This document shows, in pieces, positions 50,290-59,094 of a stretch of DNA of 64,000 nt. Location: the IMG/VR virus record IMGVR_UViG_3300035675_000001; one strand, 5' to 3'. The DNA comes from a virus (lineage: Duplodnaviria; Caudoviricetes). The stretch's first letter is position 1, and the number at the start of each line of letters is the position of its first letter. Both the position numbers and the translations under genes were made by a program. The notes beneath the pieces are model-generated. The model saw nothing but the letters and a program-made list of their open reading frames with translations, did no database searches and was not told where the DNA came from.

Positions 50290-53200
50290 TCAGCTCTTGA
50301 CGCGACCCGTCTCAACCAGGAACGCCCTGGCCTGGTCCGCATCAAATTGAATGTCATTCAGCTTGTAGCCTGACTCGGCCAGGCTCTTGATCTCCTGGTC
50401 GCTGGCCATGAGCAGCCAGCCCGTGGCGTCGAAGCCGCTCGTGGCCGCAACCGTGGGCAGCGCCTTGGTCTCCGCGACCACAATGCCCTCGTTCATGATC
50501 TGGCCGGAGAAGTGGCTCCAATCCAGGACGGCACCGCAGGCACCGCACTCCTGCATATCGAGGTCGTCGGCGTCGCCCGCCTCGATCCCGTTGAAGCCCG
50601 CCTTGAGGTAGCTGAAATCCGTCATCAGGTCGCCCTGGTGCCCACAGGCCGGGCAGCGCACGATGTGCCGGAGGTCGGGCGTCTTCTGGATGTAGATGAG
50701 GCGCAGCTCCGGGACCAGCTCCTTCCAGTCGGCCTCCTCGGACTCGGCAACTTTGTTTACAATTCTGACATCGTTGATCTGATCCCACGGCCACTCCGGG
50801 TGAATCTTCTCACCATAGGAGATGGCGTAATCCATCGGATCATCCAATGGGTAGTATTCTCCCGACAGTTGCTTGTTGAGCGCCTTCCAGTTGGGCCAGC
50901 GCCGGATCACGTCCCAAGGAATTTCCAAGGTCTCGATCCTGGGGCCGTGCTCGCGGGTGTCGTCATCGAACACGAACTGGACTACCGGCAGGATGTCCTG
51001 CGAAGTGGTCAAGTCCTTTCCTCCGATTTCGTCTTCGGCTGACTCTTGAACCTGGTCGGGCGGAATGAAGACTACATCCACCAACCAGTCCCAGTCATCC
51101 TTGTCCACGTCCCGGCGCGTGCGGCGAGCATAGTCGATCACCCTGTCCTGGACATCACCGCCCTCCTCGAAGCTGTTCTCCACTTCGGCCAGGCTGTTCA
51201 CTCCCAGCTCGCTGTAGGGCACCGTCAGCCAAACACTGTAGCCCCGCTCGCCTGCGCCGAAATCGAAACCCAAACGGAACTGCGGCGGCGGGTCGATATT
51301 CACCACGTCCTTGTGGCCGATGTCCTCCTCGCTCTCGTCCACGTCATGGCCATGAACATCGGCGATGGCCCCCTCGTTGTGGACCCGCACCCGGCGCATC
51401 AGCGACTCGATGGCCTCATTCTTCATGTCGTCGTAGTAGCCGCCCGGCTGCTTGAAGTCCTCGGCGCTGTGGTAGGAGCAACCGCCCAACCAGGCTTCGC
51501 CGCTGAACATCTTGCCGTTGGGCGCGGTCCACCGAGCAATAACGTGAGCGGAGCACCAGCCCCACTCGTTGCCGTTCTCGATCTGCTCGCGTGCCCAGGC
51601 CGCATCCTCCGGCATGGGGAAGTGATCCTCCGGCGTTTCGTCTTCCGGCTCAGCAACCAGGACGACCTCGATCTCCTCCGGCGTGGGCGGCTCGATGTAA
51701 TCGCTGGGCGGGGTGACCTGCTTCCAGTCGGCTTCGTCGTCTTCCTCTTTGAGCAGAGCCTCGACCACATCGTTCGGGTCGTAGTCGCCGTGGCCCAGGA
51801 CATAGCCAGGCTCCTCAACGTGCTCGACCTCGTAGTCGTGGTTCAGGTGGTGCCGCTTGAGGAAGTTGAAGCGGTCCTTCATGTCGAACTCCTCGACGTA
51901 AACCTCGTCCGCCTTGTTGAACAAACTCGACGTGTAGGCAAAGTTCAACGCCTTCTCCAGCGTGGGCATGACGTTGGTGTGATACCACTGGTCGTCATCA
52001 GGCTGGAGACCATGCCAGTTCACTCGGAACCAGATGCGTTGCTCATCCGCCACGTCCTTCCAGTCAGGGTCTTCCTCGCTCTCCTGGTGGTAAGCGCCCG
52101 GAGAGTCCAGGCTGTTGACAACCCGCAGCACTTCCACCGAAGGGTTCTTGGCCGAGAAGATCGCCGCCGCTTCCTCCGCATTGCGAGCGTGGACGCCGTA
52201 ATGGCCCTGACCCACCGTGGACTTGTAATAGACGATGAACAGGTTGGGCTTGCCAGAGTGCGCGGCATCCTTCCAATCCAGGTCATCCTCAGACTCGCGC
52301 ACCGGCCCCCACACATTCTCCGGCCAGTCGGCATTGCCGCCAGCAGCCCTGATCTTTCGGATCAGCTCCTCCGTGAACCGCTTCGGGTTGGTGTAGGTGT
52401 CGTGGTAGATCGGGAAATATCCCTCCTGACCACGGCGCTGATACACGACCAGGTGCCACTGACGCTCGCGCACCGTATCCTCGTCGATCAGAGGCTCGGT
52501 GTGCTCGACGGTCATCATGATGTTGGCCTCCGGCTTCACATCATCGCGCCAGGTGAGCATGTGCCACTTGTCGTCCATGCGGAAGCCCAGGCCCGCCATC
52601 CACTCCAGCAGGCTGTCATCGGAAGCCACGTCCTTCCAATCAGGATCGTCCTCGCTCTCATTGGCGATGGGCGTGAGCTTGAACACGAACTCGTGGTCCG
52701 CGCTGCCGCCAGGTATCATCTGGACCGCTACCTGGTTCTTGAAGGCATACTCCGCCGCGAACGTCACGGCTTTCAACGCCTGCTCATCCTTCACGCTCTG
52801 CTCCAGGTTCGGCTCATTGAACTCGCCGTTGAAGCGCACGTCCCAGGTCCGGTCGGTCGCGTCCGGCTCAGACAAGCCGATGTCCAGCCAACCGAAGGTC
52901 TCCAGGGAACTGATGAACGCCTGCGGGTCATACTGCTTGGCGCGACCGCCTGCCACGCGCTCGTCCCCATTGCTCAGGACCGTTTCCTTCCAGTCAGCCT
53001 CATCGCTCTCCTCCAGGCCGTTCTCGTTCGGCTCGTTCGGATTGCGGTAGGTATCCACAATCTTCCAGCCAGAGTTGTTGTCGAGCGGAACCTCGCGGAT
53101 CAGGCTGCCGTCCGGGTTCACGAGCACGATGGCCTCGGTGCCGAACGGACAATCGTTCAGGTCGATGACGCCCTCGTTGATGAAGTCGCCCAGCTTGAAG

Positions 53201-56200
53201 ACCGTAGCCTGGTCGAACTCCTCTATCCAATCTCCTACTTCATCGGAGAAGTAATGCTTCACATACGGAGTGCCTGGCCGATCCATCAGGGTGAACGGGC
53301 ACATGAACTTCACCCACTCGCTCTCGCCCAGGACCAGCTCTTTCCACGAACCCTCGTCGTCCAGGCTCTCGTGCCAGGAATAGACCGGCTTCATGCTGGT
53401 GATGTGGCGTGCGCGGGTGTCCGGCCAGCGGAAGTTCTCGAACCTGGCGCGGGCTTCTTCCTCGCTCGCTGCGGTCAGCGTGATCTCGAACGGCATCCAC
53501 TTGCGGCCACTGCGGGACACGTAGTTGACCTTGAATCCAACCGGCACAGCCAGCCCGGCATCCTTCATGTCGAAGTCATCCTCGGACTCTTTGACCAGGA
53601 AGCTGCGAGCCTGGCTGCCATCAAAGGGCCGGTAGGTCACGAAGCTTGCGTCGTCCTCCAGGTCCAGACCTTGGACCTCCTCCGGCTTCACGCCCGCCAG
53701 CTTGGGCAGGTGTTCAACTCCGGCCTGGAGCGTGTCCATGTGAATGATGCCGTCGTAGCCCTGGGCCTTGGCGGCTTCGACGTAAGCGGGATTGTCAACA
53801 ATCGCATACGTGTCGATCTCCACGCCGTCGAGCAGATACTCCAGAATCTCCATGCGCCTGCTCTCGATGGCCGCTGGGTCTTCCTCCATCTCGGCCAGGT
53901 CGTCGATGGCGTCCTGGAGGTCTCCCCAATCGCTGATGCAGGTGATGTCGTTGGCCGAGCAGGTGAAGTCCACCGAGTATTCCAGCTTGGTCAGGTGATA
54001 CTGGTAGTTGCCGATCAGCTCGCTCAGGTCATCCCACGAGAAGGTGTTGTTGGCGGGCGCATTGCTAAAGTCCCAGCGCAGGCGCTCGATGGCTTGCCAG
54101 AGCGTGGTCTGCGTCCCCAGGTCGCGCAGGTCCAGCGGCTTCTTCATGCTCAGGCGATACTTGCCCACGTTCGCGCCGGGCCGGAACTCCGGCTGGCCAA
54201 ACAGCTCGTCCCTGGTCGCCGCGAACACGCTGGCGATGTGCGGGCTGGTCGTAAAGCTGGGCGTGCTGCGGCCCTGGCGGGTAACGAACTTGCCCGGCTT
54301 GGGCACCTTCTTCATCCCCCGATAGACCGGCAGCGGATTGCCCTCCGGGTCCGTGATGTCGCCCTCGGCCTCGGCCAGAGCTTCCTCGGTCTGCTCCGGC
54401 TCGTTCTTGAAATCCATGATGGTGTTGTCCTGGTCATCCTTGAGCCGAAGCTTGTCGGTCTGACACTTGGCCATCATCCATTCCCACTGAGCGCCGGTGG
54501 GCGTGCCGCCGTCGATCAACATGCTGTCGCCGGGCTGGATCGCCACGCGCATGTAGCCCCGCGCATACATGGCCCGATAGACCTTGCCCTGCATCGTCCA
54601 ATACTCGCGCTCCACAGCGGAGGGCGGCATGGTGATGCCCAGCTTCCTGGCCGCGTAGTCCAGGTGGTTCGCACCCGCATACTCCGGCTGGCCGTTGCGC
54701 GTGAGCCAGATGTTGACGTGGCCGGTGACCTCCTGGATCACAGACTCACCCAGGCCACGACCGCCATAATACCACCAGTCGTAAACCTGCTGCTGCCAGT
54801 CTTCGTATTGGTCCGGGTCTTCGGGCGGCTCGCCAAACTGCTCGATGGCCCGCGCCATCATTTCCTGCTCGTCCTCATCGCGCTTGGCATACTCCGCGTC
54901 GCGCCACTGCTCATACTCTTTGCGCCACTGCTCGCGTTCAGCTTCCCTGGCCGGACGCCCGCGCTCCCACTCCTCCTCGTCTTTCTTGCGCTGCTGCGGG
55001 GACCGGTAACGCTTCCAGGCATCCAGGGCGTAGCTCAAGGATTTCTCCTTGTCGCCGCGTGGATTGTAAAGCGAGGCCCGGCCTGCTCGCGCCCGGAGAG
55101 TGTCGAGGCGCTGGGCCAGAGCTGGGTTCTTGGCTGCCGCGTGCGGGCACAGCCAGGTTTTGCACGCCAGCGGCTTGTCAGCCTTGCAGCCCTGGGGCGA
55201 CCAATGCTCGCAGCCCTTGCAGCAGAGGGTGTCCATATCGACACCGCCGCCATACTTGGCCTGAGCCAGTGGGTCAGAGTAGATGCCCTCGCGGCTCCCC
55301 AGGCAGGTGACATGGCCCGTCTTGGTGTCGATCTGACAGGGCTTGTGTTTGGCCAGCGCACCGGCTGCCTGGCCATAGAGCTTATTGTAAACTTTTTCCA
55401 ACCGCTCGCGGTCAACGGGCTTGGCCTCCTGGATGGCCACGCGCAGGATGGACTCCAGCATCTCCGGCTCCATCTCCGAGTCGCCCAGGTCCACGGTGAT
55501 CTCCACCAGGTCGTGGTTGTGAATCCAGACCTTGGCGTTCTCAGGCAGCGCATTCTGGATCAGCGTGCGCCAGCCGCCGTAGTAGTCGCCCGCCTCGGCC
55601 CCAGGGTAGGGGATGACCGTGTAGATCGAGAGCTGGTCGTGGCCGGTGGTCGGGTTGCGCTTACGCGAGTCGTAGGCATAGACGTGCTGCTTGTCGATCT
55701 GCACCGGGTGCGCGAGGTCCGGCCACGCGGTCGTGCGGGTAGCCAGGTCGCCTTTGACGTAAAACTTGAAGCCCGCTCGCTTGAGCTGATCCATGACCTC
55801 CAACGCGGCCACGCGGTCCAGCTCGCCCAGGTGCGGGCGGACCAGCTCCTTCCAATCCTCGCTGTCCTCCGGCTCCTCCAACGACTCCATCTCGCCGTAA
55901 ACAATTCCGCGCAAAAGCTTCTGGTAGGGCATCCAGTCGATGGCTGCCATCTTCTTGGAATACTTGTCCTCGCATTTGCCCTCCTCCTCGCCGGGCACCA
56001 ACTCGCGGCACTGCTTGGGCCGCTGCTCGTAGCCAAGCTGGCAGCCGCCCGGTCCCTTGAGTTCGCACCGCTCATACTCGCCGCTGCCGGTCATGAAGCT
56101 GCGCCGGGCGCGGGGCCGGACCATCATCACGTCCTCCTCGGCATCCGGGTTCTGGCCGGTGGGGTCGCCATACCAGGAGTCGATCTCGTAGCGGTCGCTG

Positions 56201-56745
56201 TCGAGCGCGGCCTTGATCTTCTCGCGCATGACGTTCACGTCGGGCGCTCCCCAGTCCTCCGGGCTGGTCATGCCTGGATACCAGGAGCAGCACTTGCCGC
56301 CGCACTTGGCACAGAGGCCGGTGTTCTGCGCCTCGTCGATGAACCGCTTGGCCATCTGGCTGTAAGGCTTGCCGATGACATAGCCCTTGCGCTGGAGCTT
56401 GGCCGGGTAGAAGCCTGGCAGCCGATTCGGACAAATGGTATTGACCGCCTGAGCCTGTTGCTCCCAGGTCGGGGTCTCGTTCTCGCCGAAGCCACGCATC
56501 CGGGTCCAGCCGACCCAGCTATGGGCCTTGCTCAGCTTGCCGTTGCGGGTGAAGACCGGGACGATGAAGTGGACGTAGTAGCAGTCGTCGCCGTAGCGGG
56601 AAGGATCGTGGGCGAAGGCGTGCCATTGCTGGAGCTGCGCGAGCTGCGCCGACTCCTCTGGCACCATCGTCAATTCTTTCCAGCCGCCCTCATCTGGCTC
56701 ATCAGCCTCAATGAGTTGTCGGACGATCTTGTCAGCTTCGTTCAC
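50290..56745 (-). CDS. Tagged polyprotein F (2151 aa) with two Cys-cluster domains, an ART-like domain and many small domains
   Basis: MNEADKIVRQLIE|ADE...WKEL and 12 acidic tags in total. CAKCGGKCC...RP.QCR, CCKGC...CKTWLC, VYRG...SFTTS...A...AQGYDGIIH. Confidence 0.8.
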   Translation of the reverse strand: MNEADKIVRQLIEADEPDEGGWKELTMVPEESAQLAQLQQWHAFAHDPSRYGDDCYYVHFIVPVFTRNGKLSKAHSWVGWTRMRGFGENETPTWEQQAQAVNTICPNRLPGFYPAKLQRKGYVIGKPYSQMAKRFIDEAQNTGLCAKCGGKCCSWYPGMTSPEDWGAPDVNVMREKIKAALDSDRYEIDSWYGDPTGQNPDAEEDVMMVRPRARRSFMTGSGEYERCELKGPGGCQLGYEQRPKQCRELVPGEEEGKCEDKYSKKMAAIDWMPYQKLLRGIVYGEMESLEEPEDSEDWKELVRPHLGELDRVAALEVMDQLKRAGFKFYVKGDLATRTTAWPDLAHPVQIDKQHVYAYDSRKRNPTTGHDQLSIYTVIPYPGAEAGDYYGGWRTLIQNALPENAKVWIHNHDLVEITVDLGDSEMEPEMLESILRVAIQEAKPVDRERLEKVYNKLYGQAAGALAKHKPCQIDTKTGHVTCLGSREGIYSDPLAQAKYGGGVDMDTLCCKGCEHWSPQGCKADKPLACKTWLCPHAAAKNPALAQRLDTLRARAGRASLYNPRGDKEKSLSYALDAWKRYRSPQQRKKDEEEWERGRPAREAEREQWRKEYEQWRDAEYAKRDEDEQEMMARAIEQFGEPPEDPDQYEDWQQQVYDWWYYGGRGLGESVIQEVTGHVNIWLTRNGQPEYAGANHLDYAARKLGITMPPSAVEREYWTMQGKVYRAMYARGYMRVAIQPGDSMLIDGGTPTGAQWEWMMAKCQTDKLRLKDDQDNTIMDFKNEPEQTEEALAEAEGDITDPEGNPLPVYRGMKKVPKPGKFVTRQGRSTPSFTTSPHIASVFAATRDELFGQPEFRPGANVGKYRLSMKKPLDLRDLGTQTTLWQAIERLRWDFSNAPANNTFSWDDLSELIGNYQYHLTKLEYSVDFTCSANDITCISDWGDLQDAIDDLAEMEEDPAAIESRRMEILEYLLDGVEIDTYAIVDNPAYVEAAKAQGYDGIIHMDTLQAGVEHLPKLAGVKPEEVQGLDLEDDASFVTYRPFDGSQARSFLVKESEDDFDMKDAGLAVPVGFKVNYVSRSGRKWMPFEITLTAASEEEARARFENFRWPDTRARHITSMKPVYSWHESLDDEGSWKELVLGESEWVKFMCPFTLMDRPGTPYVKHYFSDEVGDWIEEFDQATVFKLGDFINEGVIDLNDCPFGTEAIVLVNPDGSLIREVPLDNNSGWKIVDTYRNPNEPNENGLEESDEADWKETVLSNGDERVAGGRAKQYDPQAFISSLETFGWLDIGLSEPDATDRTWDVRFNGEFNEPNLEQSVKDEQALKAVTFAAEYAFKNQVAVQMIPGGSADHEFVFKLTPIANESEDDPDWKDVASDDSLLEWMAGLGFRMDDKWHMLTWRDDVKPEANIMMTVEHTEPLIDEDTVRERQWHLVVYQRRGQEGYFPIYHDTYTNPKRFTEELIRKIRAAGGNADWPENVWGPVRESEDDLDWKDAAHSGKPNLFIVYYKSTVGQGHYGVHARNAEEAAAIFSAKNPSVEVLRVVNSLDSPGAYHQESEEDPDWKDVADEQRIWFRVNWHGLQPDDDQWYHTNVMPTLEKALNFAYTSSLFNKADEVYVEEFDMKDRFNFLKRHHLNHDYEVEHVEEPGYVLGHGDYDPNDVVEALLKEEDDEADWKQVTPPSDYIEPPTPEEIEVVLVAEPEDETPEDHFPMPEDAAWAREQIENGNEWGWCSAHVIARWTAPNGKMFSGEAWLGGCSYHSAEDFKQPGGYYDDMKNEAIESLMRRVRVHNEGAIADVHGHDVDESEEDIGHKDVVNIDPPPQFRLGFDFGAGERGYSVWLTVPYSELGVNSLAEVENSFEEGGDVQDRVIDYARRTRRDVDKDDWDWLVDVVFIPPDQVQESAEDEIGGKDLTTSQDILPVVQFVFDDDTREHGPRIETLEIPWDVIRRWPNWKALNKQLSGEYYPLDDPMDYAISYGEKIHPEWPWDQINDVRIVNKVAESEEADWKELVPELRLIYIQKTPDLRHIVRCPACGHQGDLMTDFSYLKAGFNGIEAGDADDLDMQECGACGAVLDWSHFSGQIMNEGIVVAETKALPTVAATSGFDATGWLLMASDQEIKSLAESGYKLNDIQFDADQARAFLVETGRVKS

Positions 56746-57339
56746 GCCTTAACTACAGGCGGATCGACCACTGGCTCTGGCTGCTTGTCGTAAAAGTCGC
56801 GGGCGTTAGCGGTCCAGGTGTGATGGCAGATGCCGCACCGCATCTTGAAGTGCTCACCGTTCACCGGCTTGAACTTGGCCGTCTTCTCCGACAACTCGGA
56901 TTCGCACACCGGACATTGGATCGTCTTGCTCATTGAGGGGTTTATGGGGGACATACGTGCCGGTCACGGCCACTACGGTCGTGCCCGACATGACCACTTC
57001 GGTCGCTTTGGCATCGTATTGCTGCCAGTATTTGTTGGCCTCGACCGCATCCTGGCTGAGCACGCGGTCGATCTCTGTCTGCATGGCGAACAGCTTGGCC
57101 TGTGCCTCGGCGCTGCCCACGATGGCCTCGACCTTGGGGCGCTCCCAAATCTCGGCCACGGGCGGCGGCACATCCTCTTTGTGATTCCAGACTTTGACGC
57201 GGGGTGGGACCGCGCAGAAGAACCAGCGCAGCCGGTTCCACCACACGCGCAGGCGCGGCAGTTTGACTTCGGGGACGAAGCCGCAAGCAGCGGCCACTTC
57301 CAGAGGCATGGCCTTGATCGTCTTGTCGAACAGTCTCAT
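56742..57339 (-). CDS. Two hypothetical ORFs: 56742-56954 (Zn ribbon, CPVC...CGIC) and about 56932-57339
   Basis: Coupled to the polyprotein F start. GGTTCT lies 7 nt upstream of 57339. Confidence 0.5.
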
Positions 57340-57358
57340 GCCCGGTAGAACCAGAAAC

Positions 57359-57748
57359 TCAAGCGGGCTTATGGTTGCCGCTGGAGTGCCGGACCTCGGC
57401 GATGACCGCAGTCATCTCATAGTCCTTGACGACGTGGCCCTCGACGGACCCAAAACCATCCGGGACGAAATGAACTCTGTGGCTGCGAGCCAGCTCCTCG
57501 ATCTGCTCAGCCTCCGGGAATTTCAGGAACTCAACCTCTGCCACGGCCCGCTCACCATCCATCTCAAGTTTGTTTACAATTCCGATGGCGTTGTTGAGCG
57601 TGGGCGGCGTGCCGCTGTGGATCGTCATGGTGCGCTCAGTGATGCGGGGCTGGGCGCGACGGATCGCGGCTTCAATTACTGACCGGGGATACACCCGACC
57701 GTTTTGCGTCTTCTTGTCGGCTACGAGGAGTTGGAACTTCATAGACAT
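57359..57748 (-). CDS. Degenerate homolog of T4 gp21-type (peptidase S77/U9) prohead protease
   Basis: ADKKTQNGRVYP..VIE.AI ... H.G...L.NAIGIV.KL.MDG....AEVEFL ... VHFVPDGFGSV parallels gp21 AD..N.NGR.YP ... HP ... SSRG.GSV, but lacks the SSRG serine. Confidence 0.6.
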   Translation of the reverse strand: MSMKFQLLVADKKTQNGRVYPRSVIEAAIRRAQPRITERTMTIHSGTPPTLNNAIGIVNKLEMDGERAVAEVEFLKFPEAEQIEELARSHRVHFVPDGFGSVEGHVVKDYEMTAVIAEVRHSSGNHKPA

Positions 57749-57890
57749 GAGGGGCGGAAAGGCCCCGCGCCATGCCCAGGATGAAGCTCAGCATCGACGC
57801 GAAGGCCGTGGTGACACAGAACACCAGGATGCAGCTACCAAGCCACACCCAAAAACTGGAGAAGATGAATTTCAGTATCTCAAGCACCAT
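57672..57890 (-). CDS. Small membrane protein
   Basis: Hydrophobic N-terminal half. CGTTCT lies 7 nt upstream. Confidence 0.4.
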   Translation of the reverse strand: MVLEILKFIFSSFWVWLGSCILVFCVTTAFASMLSFILGMARGLSAPHVYEVPTPRSRQEDAKRSGVSPVSN

Positions 57891-57893
57891 GCC

Positions 57894-59084
57894 CTACAGA
57901 ACGCGATTCCAGGTCGCCCGGAATCCGAGCGTCAGCGTGTAGGTGCTGAGCTTGGTCTGAACCGTATCGAAGATGTAGCGCATGACGGTCGTGTTGCCGT
58001 TATACTCGCCCAGGCCGAAGGAGCGCCAGTCTGCCCGGTTGGCCTCACCGACCGCGAAGGTGATGAACTTGTCGCGGGTGTAGCTGCCCGCCACGTAGGA
58101 ACTCTGCGCCCACTGCTGGTTCGCCGTGGTGCCTGCCAGGTTGTAGTAACCGCCGCCGTAGGTCCGCAGCGCCGTGGCGTCGGTCGAAATGTAGATGCGC
58201 CCGTAAAACCCGTTGTTCTCTCCCGGATCGCCGTAGCCGGAGTAGTATTTGCCATCGACCGTGTTGTTTCCGCTGGTGATGTTGCCGCTGCTGTCCACAT
58301 ACCACATCGGAATCCACTCCGCTTGCATTTGGCCCGTGGCCGAGGCCCAGCCCACGATGGGGGACACGCCATAGATTTGTGGCACGTAGGGAGTGACCGA
58401 GGTCGAGACGCTGTATTTGACGCGCAACTGCTGCCCGGCGATCAGGTTGACCGTGGACGGAAGCTTGATGCGCGAGAAGATGTTGCTGCCTGCGCTGGCG
58501 CTCGGTGAGAAGCCGATCTCGTTGTAACCAATCGGCCCGGCCTCGGCGGAGAAGTCGAAAGTCCGGGTGCAGGTCGTGGTGTTGATGATCGTCACCGTCT
58601 GGCAGTTGGGGAGTCCAGTCAGGTAGGTGCTGGTCCGCTTGACCTCGGTGTCCAGGCCGACCTGGTTGGTGTTGTAGAGGATGAAAGTGTCCGGCCCGAT
58701 GGTGTCGGCGGGCGAAACTGTGCAGGCCGTCGTGCTGCCGAACGCGGTGATCCGATAGTTGTTGCCGCTGGTGTCGAGCTTGATGGTCTTGCCCACGTCG
58801 GCGCTGGTGCCCGTCAGGTAGCCGATGGACGACAGCAGCACTGCGCCTGCGGTGATCGTGCAAGTATCTGCCGCAGAATCCAGTTCGGTGACGGTGGTCC
58901 CAGTGCCCGCCACGCCATACGCCCAGCAGGAGTTGATCCGGTTGCTGGCGATCTGGTCGAGGCCCTGGTTCATGATGAGGTTGTGAATCGGGTCAAACGT
59001 CTTGACGACGCGGCCCTTCTCGACCACGCTCACCTGCGCTACCCCGCTCAGCCCGTATCCGATTCCAGCAAGAATTGTCTTCAT
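57894..59084 (-). CDS. Tail/baseplate structural protein (396 aa; start ATG 59084)
   Basis: HNLIMNQGLD...VAGTGT...L..EVKR...FDF.AEAG....NEIG, a typical tail-collar/baseplate N-terminal pattern. T/G/S-rich. Confidence 0.6.
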   Translation of the reverse strand: MKTILAGIGYGLSGVAQVSVVEKGRVVKTFDPIHNLIMNQGLDQIASNRINSCWAYGVAGTGTTVTELDSAADTCTITAGAVLLSSIGYLTGTSADVGKTIKLDTSGNNYRITAFGSTTACTVSPADTIGPDTFILYNTNQVGLDTEVKRTSTYLTGLPNCQTVTIINTTTCTRTFDFSAEAGPIGYNEIGFSPSASAGSNIFSRIKLPSTVNLIAGQQLRVKYSVSTSVTPYVPQIYGVSPIVGWASATGQMQAEWIPMWYVDSSGNITSGNNTVDGKYYSGYGDPGENNGFYGRIYISTDATALRTYGGGYYNLAGTTANQQWAQSSYVAGSYTRDKFITFAVGEANRADWRSFGLGEYNGNTTVMRYIFDTVQTKLSTYTLTLGFRATWNRVL

Positions 59085-59094
59085 ATTGTCCTCT

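Noticed and set aside
50290-56745. Recurring ttcca(g/a)tc...tc(c/g)tc DNA segments as a CRISPR or DNA repeat array
   Set aside because: Irregular spacing and synonymous variation. They are the protein-level linker motif, and no cas genes are present.
51046-56793. 1915-aa plus-strand ORF
   Set aside because: Antisense shadow of polyprotein F caused by GC-rich codon bias; no motifs. The same applies to 23288-25876(-), 37289-39055(-), 7028-7984(-), 10538-11992(-) and 21836-23215(-).
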